A stretch of DNA of 64,000 bases from a virus. Lineage: Duplodnaviria; Caudoviricetes. The stretch spans positions 2,398-66,397 of IMG/VR virus record IMGVR_UViG_3300024309_000086; one strand, 5' to 3'. The position numbers and the translations under genes are program-made. The notes below the pieces were generated by a model. It was not told the origin of the DNA, searched no databases, and worked only from the letters and a program-made list of their open reading frames with translations. The first letter of the stretch is position 1, and each line of letters begins with the position of its first letter. Positions 19,026 to 29,094 of the stretch are shown here, piece after piece.

Positions 19026-19468
19026 TACGTGGCCTCGCTGGTCCGAACCATTTCGCCGTCGGACTGCATGCTGATGGAGATAGTCGCGCGCTCGCCGTTG
19101 TTGGCGCCGATTTCAAGCGATTCCACCTGCATCTTGCCGGTGTAGATGTAGGTCGTAACCGGAAACTCGATTTCCACCTTCACATCAACGGAGTCGATGC
19201 TCTCGGCGGCATCAAGCCACGCGACGATAGACTCCGACGCCAGAACGCCTTCGCCGCTGATCGACATGGAGAGCGACGCAGCATCGCGGCCAATCCAGTC
19301 CACCTTATCGGGGTCCGTGCAGTCCGGGATGGTGACTTCGTTCAGGTTCTTGCTGAGCGTCACACTGCGCTGCGTGAGGCCGCAAGGCGCGGTATAGACG
19401 GCAGGGGATGCGCCGTTGGAAAGCATGACGCGGATTTTTCCGCCCTTGATGGTCGTAGCCTGAGCCAA
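19025..19468 (-). CDS. Major tail tube protein
   Basis: APCGLTQRS...VTIPDC...SISGEG pattern. Confidence 0.88.
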   Translation of the reverse strand: MAQATTIKGGKIRVMLSNGASPAVYTAPCGLTQRSVTLSKNLNEVTIPDCTDPDKVDWIGRDAASLSMSISGEGVLASESIVAWLDAAESIDSVDVKVEIEFPVTTYIYTGKMQVESLEIGANNGERATISISMQSDGEMVRTSEAT

Positions 19469-19553
19469 TCTGGCCTCCTGATATGAAATAGGCCGCTAAA
19501 GGCGGCCAGATGTTCGGATTTTGTGGGTGGTGGGGCGCGCCAGTGTCGTGGCG

Positions 19554-19952
19554 CTACAGCGCGTCGATGATCGCCGTGAAGCGCACAGAAGCCTGCTTAA
19601 TCGCGCCGTTCTGGATGTAGTCGGTGCGCAAGTGATCGAACGAAACCGCGCGATTGGTCGCCAGGGTCGGCGTCCAGTTCTTGAGGGCAACACGTACCGC
19701 GTCCGCCATCTGCCGGACCTGCGATAGAACCGTCGCGTCCGACCAGCAGTCTATCTGGATCATGGCTTCGCCGCCGTCGACGCAGTCATAATCGTCAGGG
19801 ATGAAATTCGATGGGCCGATGGCGATATACGGCTTTGCCCACGTCGCGACCGGAATGTCAGCAACGCGGTTGGACACCAGATCTGTGACGCCGGCAGTTG
19901 CTTTCAGGCGCGCGATGATCGCGCCCTGAAGCTCAAGGACCGGATCTGCCAT
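19554..19952 (-). CDS. Tail terminator (DUF3168)
   Basis: LQGAIIARLKA...PYIAIG...QIDCWS. Confidence 0.85.
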   Translation of the reverse strand: MADPVLELQGAIIARLKATAGVTDLVSNRVADIPVATWAKPYIAIGPSNFIPDDYDCVDGGEAMIQIDCWSDATVLSQVRQMADAVRVALKNWTPTLATNRAVSFDHLRTDYIQNGAIKQASVRFTAIIDAL

Positions 19953-19960
19953 GCGCGCTC

Positions 19961-20422
19961 CTAGCGGCCCGCTGCTACAGCCTTGGCCGATTTCGTGATT
20001 GCTCGAGTGATGCGGGATTTCGTGCGACGCCGTAGGGCCCGCCAAGAAACGAAGAAGAACGGTTGCGCCTTCGTGCCGGGATGCATGGTGCCGGCATAGA
20101 TGCCGCCATTCTCGTGCGCCGCGGTGGCGAATTCGACCAAATGGGCGTATCGGACCTTGCTGTTGCCTGCGAAGATAGTCAGCGCCAACTTTCCGTCCGA
20201 CGATTTAACGGTGGCAATCGCTTGGCTGTATTTTGGACGCTCGCCCCAGGTCCAGCCTATGCTGTCACGTAGATCGCCACTATCAACGGCGACCAACGAC
20301 TTCATGAGCGCTACGATCTCGTTAGCACCCTGCTCCATGGCAGCGCGAATGGCCGCTTCAGCAGCGGCTGGCAACTTCTGAAGTTTCTTGTTCAAGTTGG
20401 CGAGGCCCAGGACTTTTGTCAT
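19961..20422 (-). CDS. HK97 gp10-like tail completion protein
   Basis: VDSGDLRDSI, YAHLVEF, QPFFFVSW. Confidence 0.85.
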   Translation of the reverse strand: MTKVLGLANLNKKLQKLPAAAEAAIRAAMEQGANEIVALMKSLVAVDSGDLRDSIGWTWGERPKYSQAIATVKSSDGKLALTIFAGNSKVRYAHLVEFATAAHENGGIYAGTMHPGTKAQPFFFVSWRALRRRTKSRITRAITKSAKAVAAGR

Positions 20423-20778
20423 CCCGCCTCCCCCTCAACGACCAGCATCTCCAGATAAGCGTTCCGCTCATCCGGATTTACGACGGTCTTGATGTTGTAC
20501 TCTTTGCCGGTTCGGACATTCCGCACGCGCCAAGCCGGCGTTACGGAGCGCGTTCTCGTGCTAGACCGCACGGTCAGAAGATACGGCTGGATGCCTTGCA
20601 AGCGGCCAGCCACGACGGGTTCGCTGCCGAGCTTAGGCTGTAGACGTCCCGCTTCTTCGAACACCGACTGCCACCCGACCACAACGCCGCCGTAGCCATC
20701 GTCGCCCTCCACCTGTTGGAGGAAGGCGATTTTTTCTGAGAGCGACCCGGCGCCGCTACGTCTCGGCTTCTGCGCCAT
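20419..20778 (-). CDS. Head closure / head-tail adaptor
   Basis: DDGYGG...YNIKTVVNPDERNAYL. Confidence 0.8.
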   Translation of the reverse strand: MAQKPRRSGAGSLSEKIAFLQQVEGDDGYGGVVVGWQSVFEEAGRLQPKLGSEPVVAGRLQGIQPYLLTVRSSTRTRSVTPAWRVRNVRTGKEYNIKTVVNPDERNAYLEMLVVEGEAG

Positions 20779-20995
20779 CGTCGCCTCTTCGGTTGACGAA
20801 GCGGCTGGATACGGTGATCACCCACTCCGAAGGCCCGTCAGGTTCGGCCACAGTCCAGCCGTCGATGTTTCGATACTTGTGGGGTCGCTTCAGCTCGACG
20901 CCAATAACACCCGCCATAGGGACGCCGCCCACAGACACGCGAGCTCGGCCATTTGCGCCCACGTCAATTTTCACATTTGGTTTTATCGTCGCCAT
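20756..20995 (-). CDS. Hypothetical protein
   Basis: Overlap-coupled ORF in the head operon. Confidence 0.5.
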   Translation of the reverse strand: MATIKPNVKIDVGANGRARVSVGGVPMAGVIGVELKRPHKYRNIDGWTVAEPDGPSEWVITVSSRFVNRRGDDGAEAET

Positions 20996-21155
20996 CGTCG
21001 TCCTTCCGGCTCTTCGCCAACCGCACCGCTTTGCCCGCTGCCACGGCGAGCGTGGCGCAAGCCCGAGGAACGTTGTAATCGCCCGGCTTGTAAACCACGC
21101 AACTGCCCGGAGTCGGCTTCCACGACCATTTCTCAGTCACGCGGATCCAAGCCAT
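20964..21155 (-). CDS. Hypothetical protein
   Basis: 63 aa coupled ORF in the head operon. Confidence 0.55.
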   Translation of the reverse strand: MAWIRVTEKWSWKPTPGSCVVYKPGDYNVPRACATLAVAAGKAVRLAKSRKDDDGDDKTKCEN

Positions 21156-21312
21156 TAGCCCAGATCCAGCATCGACAGGACGGGCGCGAGCTTGGCCAGA
21201 CGCGCGGCTACGTTCTTTGTGACGCCACTCATTTGCGCCGCGCTATTGAGTGCAACAATGCGGCGCACCGCTTCTTGCGGGCTAATGCCGGTATGCTCGT
21301 GGTTCGGCGCCC

Positions 21313-21933
21313 TTAGGATGCCTCGCTCTGCGTTCCAAGCCAATCTTCCAACTCCATTTTCGGATAGGCCGTCAGCGCACTGACAGAACTGCAGTTCACG
21401 ACGCGAACGCCATGAGCGGCCAGAGCGCCAGCCTGGCGATCCAGATGATGGGCCCATATAGCCGCCGTGCTGCCTGTCGGGTTTCCGGTTCGCTCATGGC
21501 GGCCATGCCAATGCACGCCGAGGTCAACGCGAGCGTCGAATCCGACGAGCGCAATGTCTCGAGCGCCGAACTGGACAGCCAGATTGAGCGCCTGAAAGCC
21601 CGACGATCCGCCCGCGCCAATGGTGCCTGGCTCTTCGAAGACCATGTCGTTGTGGTAGGCGCCCTCGACGCCACGCAGATGTACCCGGTGGACGCCCGGA
21701 ACATCGCTCCTGCTAACGCGCAATCCGCAAAAGCCGCCATGGTCATTCTCGCGCCACCAAGCCGCGTCACTCGCGTAGAGAACGTCAGCCCACGGCGCGA
21801 GCCGCCAACTGTTGTTGATGGCAATCACCTTGCAGCGGTCGCGAGCCAGATCAACTGGCTGATCCACCGCAGACGGCCCGCTGGCAACAATAACGGCACG
21901 ATGACCGCTCCAGTCATGGAACCAGTCAGGCAT
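21313..21933 (-). CDS. MAF_flag10/Cst-like (glycosyltransferase-related) protein
   Basis: IVASGPS, AINNS, SSGFQALNLA, LVGFD motifs. Confidence 0.65.
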   Translation of the reverse strand: MPDWFHDWSGHRAVIVASGPSAVDQPVDLARDRCKVIAINNSWRLAPWADVLYASDAAWWRENDHGGFCGLRVSRSDVPGVHRVHLRGVEGAYHNDMVFEEPGTIGAGGSSGFQALNLAVQFGARDIALVGFDARVDLGVHWHGRHERTGNPTGSTAAIWAHHLDRQAGALAAHGVRVVNCSSVSALTAYPKMELEDWLGTQSEAS

Positions 21934-22261
21934 AGGCCATCTTGGCGAGCCTATGTAGGAGAGCCGTCACGGGTTTCGTCAGATATCCGTCGGCCTGCCC
22001 ATAATCCTGCTCGCCGTCGCCGCGGTGCTCCCACAATCCCGCAAGGACCAAAAGAACTGCCGCCTGTACGCGCATAGGTGCGTCGCTGGCGGCAGGAGGA
22101 GACCCATTGCTAGCGTCGGCCCATACAAGGTCAGGCCGTTGCAGATAATCCACGACAATGTCGCTGGCCTGCTGGATCTTCTCCAGCAGGTCGGCGTCTT
22201 CATCCGTGTGGAATATCCGCAGGTGGCGGCGCGCTTGCTCAAGAGTTACGAGCGCTACCAT
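21926..22261 (-). CDS. Head-tail connector (gp6-like)
   Basis: LVTLEQARRHLRI...VQAAVLLVLAGLWEHR. Confidence 0.85.
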   Translation of the reverse strand: MVALVTLEQARRHLRIFHTDEDADLLEKIQQASDIVVDYLQRPDLVWADASNGSPPAASDAPMRVQAAVLLVLAGLWEHRGDGEQDYGQADGYLTKPVTALLHRLAKMAYA

Positions 22262-23460
22262 TTGGCACCGTCAAGGCCAAGCTGCGTTAGATCGCGTCCG
22301 GGCTTGCCCTCGATGCCGCGCTCACCCTTCTCACCGGGAGAGCCGTCCTTGCCGTCGCGACCGCGCTTTACCATCAACTGCCATGTCTTGCTGACCTCCG
22401 GCTTGTCGCTGGTATCCTCGTTGCAATGGAATGTTGAGCCACCAAACGTGACGACATCGCCGCGCTCGTAAGACTGCCCGTCCTTCCACACGCCGCGATA
22501 GATCATGGATGGGATGCCGAGCTCAACCTTGTAGGTCGTATCCTTGGCAGAGAACGAGAGAAGAACGGTCCTGCCGTCTTCCATCAACTCGGCGTCGAAG
22601 TGCTCTAGCGAGAACCCATCGCGGCCGTCTTTGCCATCTAGGCCATTAGCGCCGTCTTTACCGTTGACGCCATCGATGCCGTCGCGACCGTCTCGGCCAC
22701 GGATCGACCCTAGCTTATGAACGCCGCCCTTGGTGTCCGTGATAACGAGATTGCCGTCAGCATCCTGCACAGCGGCTGCTAGGCCAATGCCGTCGGCACC
22801 GTCTTTTCCGTTCAGTCCGTCCTTGCCGTCGACGCCGTCCCTGCCGTCCGCGCCACGTTCACCGTCCTTGCCGTCTTTGCCGGCAGCCGGTGGATTGTCG
22901 GCCAGATAGCGTCGCACGGCCTCGTCGATGACTTCCGGCATCGTGAGAATCGCGTCGACAATCTGCTCTTGCGTGGGGGCTGGCGCGTCTTTTCCGTTCA
23001 GACCGTCTTTGCCGTTGATGCCGTCACGACCATCGGCGCCATCGCGACCGTCCTTGCCGTCAGCACCATCCCTACCGGGGGCGCCGTCTTTGCCATTCAG
23101 GCCATCGGCGCCCTTTTCGCCACGCTCGCCGTCTTTACCGTCGCGGCCCGGCTCGCCGTCCTTGCCGTCAGCACCATCACGTACCGCAATGTTGCCAATG
23201 GCTTTCGTGCGTCCGTCTGACATGACGGCTATCAGGTTGCCTTCGGCATCGCGAACGATGTCCGCCAAGCCCACACCATCAGCCCCATCCCGACCGTCTT
23301 TGCCGGACTGGCCGCGCTCGCCGGGGTCGCCCTTCTCTCCTCGCAACGGCTCGCGTGCCTCGAGTGCCTTGATGCGCGCATATGCCGTGGCGAGGGAGCG
23401 ATCGACATAGCCCTTGATGGCGTCGAATCCGGCGTCAAAAGCCTTCTGAAAATCCATCAA
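22255..23460 (-). CDS. Collagen-like (Gly-X-Y) virion protein
   Basis: Long GKDGRDGADG tracts; C-terminal YRGVWKDGQSYERGDVV module. Confidence 0.8.
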   Translation of the reverse strand: MMDFQKAFDAGFDAIKGYVDRSLATAYARIKALEAREPLRGEKGDPGERGQSGKDGRDGADGVGLADIVRDAEGNLIAVMSDGRTKAIGNIAVRDGADGKDGEPGRDGKDGERGEKGADGLNGKDGAPGRDGADGKDGRDGADGRDGINGKDGLNGKDAPAPTQEQIVDAILTMPEVIDEAVRRYLADNPPAAGKDGKDGERGADGRDGVDGKDGLNGKDGADGIGLAAAVQDADGNLVITDTKGGVHKLGSIRGRDGRDGIDGVNGKDGANGLDGKDGRDGFSLEHFDAELMEDGRTVLLSFSAKDTTYKVELGIPSMIYRGVWKDGQSYERGDVVTFGGSTFHCNEDTSDKPEVSKTWQLMVKRGRDGKDGSPGEKGERGIEGKPGRDLTQLGLDGAKW

Positions 23461-24827
23461 GCCGCTTCCTCAAATTCTCCAAGGCACCTCGTCACAACAC
23501 CGATGGCGTGCAGTTCCTTGCCTTGGTTTGTATTGTCATTCGCAGCACCACCTGCAGCCTTCCCGAACGGGTCAGCGCCCTCGTCGCGCTTGTTGAGCGC
23601 CGCGAGGCTGTAATTCTGTTGCTGCATGTAGATCGTGTCGCCACCTTCGACGGGCGGCTGGTTCATTTTCTTGAGCGCAGCATTAGGAGTCATGATCGAG
23701 CCACCAACCGCGGCCGAGAGCGCATCAACCTGCGTCTTCGTGTCCATGCGCATCAGGTCATCGAGGTCGAACTCGGTGCCAAGCACCTTGCCGTCCTTCG
23801 GCTCGGAAAGACCAAGTCCCTCATCGAGGCAAAGCTCGATGTTCTCTATGTGCACCTGCAGGCACTGCGCATAGTACTGCGCGTCCATCGCCTCGATATT
23901 GTTGTATGCCGGAGGTTGACCAACACCCACCTTGTAGGCCGGCACGCCGAAAGCAGAACATACCGTCTCAGCAGACCATTTCAGCTGCTCGATGAGCTGG
24001 CTGTCAGTCGCCGACATGGAGAGCGGTTTGTAATCAAGGCCATCCGCTAGGACCGCCGTCTTCCCCGCGTTGTCTCCAGCATAGTTCGAATTCCAGTAGT
24101 CGCGCAGTTCCTGTGCGGCCTCTGGCGAAATCTTCCCTACAGCAGTGATGATGCCGCTGGGCTTTGCGCCGTTGCCGAAGAATTTGGCGCTGTTCGACTG
24201 GATCCTGATGCCCTGCACCGCGGCGAGACCACAAGCGTAAATCGGGCTTGTACCGACAAGCGGGTGATAGATCGTGTTCCAACGGTCGTGGATGATCTCG
24301 CTGGCCGGGACAGTCAGATCGTCTGAATGCTGGCCGGACAGGTCGTCGCGCGAAAGCTGGTAAAAAACACTGCCATCCGCAGCAACAAGCACCTTGACCT
24401 TCGTGGGGTCGAGCACAAACAAGCCGGTTACGACATTGCGGTTGTCGCGCTGCTTGAAAACGTAAGTGTTCCCGTGGATGAGCTTCGATTCCATCCAGTT
24501 TGTGTAGAACTGGATGCGTGTCTGGTAGCGGTTGGGCTTGCGCAGGACGGGCGAGAATGCCGGGTTATCGATCTCAGTCCAAATGCCGTTGTTATCGCGC
24601 TGCACCAACCGAATACGCATCTTGGCAATATCGCTCGAGATGAGCGAAATGCACCGAAACACGGTGCTGTAGGTCAGCACGGTATCGAGCTTCACCTCAA
24701 CGTTCTGCTGCCAAGCGCCGGCAAACGCCTCACGAACTATACCCCACCAGCCACCGCGATTATCGACCGGGGCTAGGCTGCCGGAGGCTTTCTCGCGGCG
24801 CTTGATCTCCAGGCCGAAAATCTGCAT
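23457..24827 (-). CDS. Portal protein (HK97 family)
   Basis: VFRCISLISSDIA, HGNTY, FGNGAKPSG, FGVPAYKVG. Confidence 0.93.
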   Translation of the reverse strand: MQIFGLEIKRREKASGSLAPVDNRGGWWGIVREAFAGAWQQNVEVKLDTVLTYSTVFRCISLISSDIAKMRIRLVQRDNNGIWTEIDNPAFSPVLRKPNRYQTRIQFYTNWMESKLIHGNTYVFKQRDNRNVVTGLFVLDPTKVKVLVAADGSVFYQLSRDDLSGQHSDDLTVPASEIIHDRWNTIYHPLVGTSPIYACGLAAVQGIRIQSNSAKFFGNGAKPSGIITAVGKISPEAAQELRDYWNSNYAGDNAGKTAVLADGLDYKPLSMSATDSQLIEQLKWSAETVCSAFGVPAYKVGVGQPPAYNNIEAMDAQYYAQCLQVHIENIELCLDEGLGLSEPKDGKVLGTEFDLDDLMRMDTKTQVDALSAAVGGSIMTPNAALKKMNQPPVEGGDTIYMQQQNYSLAALNKRDEGADPFGKAAGGAANDNTNQGKELHAIGVVTRCLGEFEEAA

Positions 24828-24830
24828 GCG

Positions 24831-25142
24831 TTATTCCTCGATGGCGCCGTCTTCGCTGGCCTTGTCTTCGCTGGTGGCGTCTTCGTTGCCGACATCGCCA
24901 GCCTTCAGGCGGCGCGTGCGGTAGTTGCCCTTGCGGCCTTGACGTTCATGGCCGTCCGCACCAGCGTCGTAACCGGCACCTGCATCTTCGTGGTTCATTT
25001 CAGCGGGCGCGTCGACGGCCTTGCCGATCGCCTTCAGCAGGCGCGCATCCTTTGCGGACGCCTCGAATTTATCGCCCTCAATAAGCGACTGACCGGCATA
25101 GCGCAGGTTCTTCTTTGCGATAAGTTCCAAACGTCTCTCCAT
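24831..25142 (-). CDS. Hypothetical head-associated protein
   Basis: 103 aa ORF between capsid and portal. Confidence 0.6.
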   Translation of the reverse strand: MERRLELIAKKNLRYAGQSLIEGDKFEASAKDARLLKAIGKAVDAPAEMNHEDAGAGYDAGADGHERQGRKGNYRTRRLKAGDVGNEDATSEDKASEDGAIEE

Positions 25143-25189
25143 CTGTAGAAATGATGAGGGGCGGCCGAAGCCACCCCTCAAAGCAAGGA

Positions 25190-27178
25190 TCAACCCGCGT
25201 AGTTGACCGAGTCCAGGTACTGGACGACGCCGGCCCGACGCTTGGTCCAGTTGATGAAGCGTTCGGCGCGAATGCCGACCATGTTCATCTGCCACAGGGA
25301 CACCATGACCGTAGAAGCTGTCGGCGGATTGGTCGGAGCCGAGTCCATCTGGAGAGACGCTTCGCGAGAAACGTCGAGAACGACGTCGCCATCGTCAGCC
25401 AGGAGGATTTCCGGCGCCTTCGCCAGGATGATGCGACCACCAGCGCCGGTAACTGGAGAGCCCGAACCGGCGTTGGCCGGGATGTTCTCAGAAAGAACAA
25501 CCGGAAGACCGAAGAACGTGCCGCCGCTGTTGCCGTTGATAGCAAGGCCGGGGAACTCGGGCTGACCAAGCGGGTTCAGCATCAGGGCGAGGCCGAGAGC
25601 ATCGGTTTCTCGCATGATCCAGACGGCGCCAGAGAGCGACATGTTCGCAGCCAGGAAGTTGCTGAACAGCTTCTTTACGTCTGCACGAACATTGTCCGCA
25701 GTCGTCCCACTGGCCACAACAGGCGTTACGCCGTTCGTGATCGACGCGGGCGAAACGTTAGCAACCGCAGCCTTGGCCGGATCAACGAAGTCGCGGTCCA
25801 GCGTCTGAACGATGGTATTGATCAGATCCTGGCGGACCAGGGCTTCGGCAGACGGATTGGAGAAGCGGACGAGTTCGTCGGTCAGAACCACAATGCCGGC
25901 CACCTTAGTGGCGCCGAGCGTGATGTTGTCGAACGCCAGTTCGCTAACAGGCTTCGGAGCACCTTCACCAACCCACTGGGCCGAAGATCCGGCGGTCTGG
26001 CGCGGGATCTTGATGTTGAATGGCACTCGACGGAGGCCGGGAATACGGCCGATAATCGTCTGAGGCCGCAGGAGGTCGATGAACTCAGACGCCATGTTCT
26101 GGTATTCGACCAGCGGCTTCGCCCAAGTGGCATCAGTGGTGGTGCCGGCGTCAACTGCAGCGCGCAGAACGGTTTCGACTTCCGGCGTGTCTTTCCAGCC
26201 CTTGGCGAGCTCGGCAGCCTGCATGAGGTTGCCCTTGGCCTTGCCAAGCGCCATGGCATAGCGCGTGAAGGCCGTGCCCTTCGGCAGATCCTTTTTCGGG
26301 GTGGCCGGGATAGCGCCGCGAGAACGCGAGCCTTCTTCCTGACTGCCGCCTTCAACCGGCGTGGCCGTGTCCTTGTTCGCCTTCTCAGCGCGAGCGAGGC
26401 GAGCAAGGTGCGTGTCGATCGACTTCACCTCGTTCTCAAGCTCGTCATACTCCTCAGACTGCTCTGCATCGAGGGTTACGCCCTCTTCCGCGGCCTTCTG
26501 CATAAGCTCGTCCATGCGAGCCGACTTGGCAGCGCGAGTGGCCTCAAAGGCCTCGATCTGCTCCTTGATAGTCTTTGCCATACGTTTGTTTCCTTTCCCG
26601 ACAGCGCGGGTTTTTGTTGGGGTTGTGCCCGTGTCGCCGGGAGTTGCCGTCGGGGTCGCGCCCCGTTCACGGCTGGCTTCGCCCTCGCTCGTCTGGCCTG
26701 ACGCGGCCCGGAGCTCGGAGTCGATGGATTTGATTGCGGTGATGGTCGCGTCGGCATTTGCCGGAATCGTCACCAAAGAGAGTTCAAGCACTTCGCTCTT
26801 GATGAAACGCCAGCCGCCGTCTTTCATGACCGCGTGCTCAAGCGAACGGAAGCCGATGCTCACCGCCCGCACCAGGCCGGCTTTCACCGACTGCCACGCC
26901 TCATCTACACGATCCTTGAGCTTGCCCGGTTCATCAATGGATGCGACCTGCGCCTCGAACGTGATGCCGTCCTTGGTGGGCTTGTCGAATTTGACCGTGC
27001 CAACCGGCTGGCTATGGTTGTGCTGCCAGAGCAAAGGCATGGGGTTCTTGAACGAGACGCCCAGCGGCTCGACCACGTCCCCCATGCGATCAGGCGAAGG
27101 CGTCGTCGCGATGCCGCGAATGACGCGCGCATCCTCGTCGACGCTGCGCACCTGCAGCACCGAATAGGCTCTGTTCAT
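25190..27178 (-). CDS. Prohead protease - major capsid protein fusion (HK97 type)
   Basis: Protease part LLWQHNH, SIGF, ELSLVTIPAN; continuous frame into coiled-coil delta domain and HK97 capsid (WVGEG, AERFINW). Confidence 0.92.
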   Translation of the reverse strand: MNRAYSVLQVRSVDEDARVIRGIATTPSPDRMGDVVEPLGVSFKNPMPLLWQHNHSQPVGTVKFDKPTKDGITFEAQVASIDEPGKLKDRVDEAWQSVKAGLVRAVSIGFRSLEHAVMKDGGWRFIKSEVLELSLVTIPANADATITAIKSIDSELRAASGQTSEGEASRERGATPTATPGDTGTTPTKTRAVGKGNKRMAKTIKEQIEAFEATRAAKSARMDELMQKAAEEGVTLDAEQSEEYDELENEVKSIDTHLARLARAEKANKDTATPVEGGSQEEGSRSRGAIPATPKKDLPKGTAFTRYAMALGKAKGNLMQAAELAKGWKDTPEVETVLRAAVDAGTTTDATWAKPLVEYQNMASEFIDLLRPQTIIGRIPGLRRVPFNIKIPRQTAGSSAQWVGEGAPKPVSELAFDNITLGATKVAGIVVLTDELVRFSNPSAEALVRQDLINTIVQTLDRDFVDPAKAAVANVSPASITNGVTPVVASGTTADNVRADVKKLFSNFLAANMSLSGAVWIMRETDALGLALMLNPLGQPEFPGLAINGNSGGTFFGLPVVLSENIPANAGSGSPVTGAGGRIILAKAPEILLADDGDVVLDVSREASLQMDSAPTNPPTASTVMVSLWQMNMVGIRAERFINWTKRRAGVVQYLDSVNYAG

Positions 27179-27204
27179 GTGTCTGATTTCCTTACCGCTA
27201 GCGG

Positions 27205-29094
27205 CTAGATGAAGAAAAGTTGGTGGGTCGGCTTGCTGGCATCCACTGGCCCATCGATCGCCGCCCCTACTGCCATCGCCAGCGCCACCGCGGCGTCTAT
27301 GCGCACTGACGCCTTGGTTTTGACGAACCACCGATTGTCCTGCGCGTCACGGTCGAACGTGGCGCCCATCAGCGCCGTCATCAGCACCGGACTGCGGCGT
27401 AGCCGAATACGACCGTCGATGATCATGTCCTCAAGCGCGGACACCGACCCCGGCATCCACAAACCTTGAGGCGGCGGGAGGCCGGCAGCCTTTGCGGCCT
27501 CGACTTTTTCAGGCTCGGGCTTGGCCCTGACCTTACCGCCCTGCGGATGAGCGACGTGCGGCACCGTTATGCCAAGCGCCTCGACCTCTTCACGGAACTT
27601 GTCGTAGGCGTAGCGGTCATATGCGATGCCTTGGATGCGGTATTGATCGTCCAATTGCTGGACGCGCGCCGCAACGAAGTCATAGCGGATACGCTGTCCG
27701 GCTGGGGCATTAAGCCAACCGTCCTTGACCCAAACGTCATATGGCGCCTTGTCGGCCGTGGCCCGTGCTTGCAATGTGTCGCCGGGGGTCCAAGCCTCGA
27801 CCCAAGCGTCAAAGGTCGGAAGGTCCACCACAGAGCCGTCTTCCCGCTCCATTGCCATCGTGCCGGTCGGCACTACTGCGGCAAGAACTGTCATGTCGCG
27901 TGAGGCGGAAAGGTCGATACCGAGATAAACAGGCTGCTCAGCCATGTCCACTGGGTCAAAGTCGTCCATGACGCTTTCGACCGTTTCGCGAGGCATCCAC
28001 GCCTTGTCGGCGTCCGTCCAGCAGCAAAAATGCAAACGCAGAATGCCGTTTAGCTTACCAGGCATCTGCCTAGCCTGGTTGACAACGCCAGCCAGATATT
28101 CTTCCGTCAGGATTGTGCCGAGAAGCGGATTGGCCTTCTTCCAGCAAGTCGGATCCTCAAGTGGATCATCGCCCTTATCGAGCGCGCACACCCACGAGAA
28201 TGTCGTATCGTCGATGACTTCACCCACATAGGTGAAATCCTCATCTGGCGTCAGCGTGCCAGCAGCCACCTTGACTGCGTGCTCATGCTCTTCCCAGCAG
28301 ATGCTGTTCCTATCCGAACCAGAGTTCGTGATCATCAGCAACAGCGGCTGGCGACGAAACTTGAAGCCGCGCTCCAGCATTTCCATCGTCGAGCGATCAG
28401 GGTGTTCGTGTACCTCGTCGCAGAGCGCGAAATGAGGCCGAGGCCCCGACCCCGACTTACCGCTATCTTTTGAGATCGGACGGAAGAACGACTGCGACTT
28501 GTGATGCGCGATATTGAACTCGCGCCCCATGCCGCCACTGAACTTCAGCCGCTCATTGAGCGCCGGGGCAGCCCTCACCATCTTGCAGGCGTCCTGAAAG
28601 AGGATGCCGGCCTGCTCTTTCTTCGCGGCAGCCGCATAAATCTGCGCGCCCGCCTCCTTATCGGCAGTCAGGCCATATAGTCCGACACCACCAGCAAATG
28701 GCGACTTGCCGTTGCCTTTGCCCTCCTCGATATAGGCGCGACGAAACCGGCGCGAACCGTCCGCCCGCATCCATCCAAAGAGCGACCCGAGCTTGAACGC
28801 CTGAGATGGATGCAGTTTGAACGGACGTCCTTCAAACTGGCCCTCGCTGAGCTTCAGTCGCTCCTCGAAGAACCTGAAGACGCGCGTGGCCGCCTCATCG
28901 TCAAAATACAGGCCGCGTTCATGGCCGGTATCGAGATCATCAAAATGGCGTCGGCAGGCGTTCCGCACGTGCGGCCCGGCAACTTCCTCGCCGTTTACAA
29001 CGGCCCTGGCGTAATCGCTGACGCGCTTGAGCGCCGGCCCCTCGACCGACGCCGAAGCGTTAGTCGAGGAGGTCGTCTTTTTCCTCACCGGCAT
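27205..29094 (-). CDS. terL: Terminase large subunit
   Basis: GKGNGKS Walker A, DEVHE Walker B, GIDLS nuclease, RIDAAVA. Confidence 0.95.
   Translation of the reverse strand: MPVRKKTTSSTNASASVEGPALKRVSDYARAVVNGEEVAGPHVRNACRRHFDDLDTGHERGLYFDDEAATRVFRFFEERLKLSEGQFEGRPFKLHPSQAFKLGSLFGWMRADGSRRFRRAYIEEGKGNGKSPFAGGVGLYGLTADKEAGAQIYAAAAKKEQAGILFQDACKMVRAAPALNERLKFSGGMGREFNIAHHKSQSFFRPISKDSGKSGSGPRPHFALCDEVHEHPDRSTMEMLERGFKFRRQPLLLMITNSGSDRNSICWEEHEHAVKVAAGTLTPDEDFTYVGEVIDDTTFSWVCALDKGDDPLEDPTCWKKANPLLGTILTEEYLAGVVNQARQMPGKLNGILRLHFCCWTDADKAWMPRETVESVMDDFDPVDMAEQPVYLGIDLSASRDMTVLAAVVPTGTMAMEREDGSVVDLPTFDAWVEAWTPGDTLQARATADKAPYDVWVKDGWLNAPAGQRIRYDFVAARVQQLDDQYRIQGIAYDRYAYDKFREEVEALGITVPHVAHPQGGKVRAKPEPEKVEAAKAAGLPPPQGLWMPGSVSALEDMIIDGRIRLRRSPVLMTALMGATFDRDAQDNRWFVKTKASVRIDAAVALAMAVGAAIDGPVDASKPTHQLFFI

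Noticed and set aside
25151-26701. Long plus-strand ORFs opposite structural and replication genes (also 12009-13349, 33487-34581, 10051-10962)
   Set aside because: GC-rich antisense shadows with no motifs or RBS.
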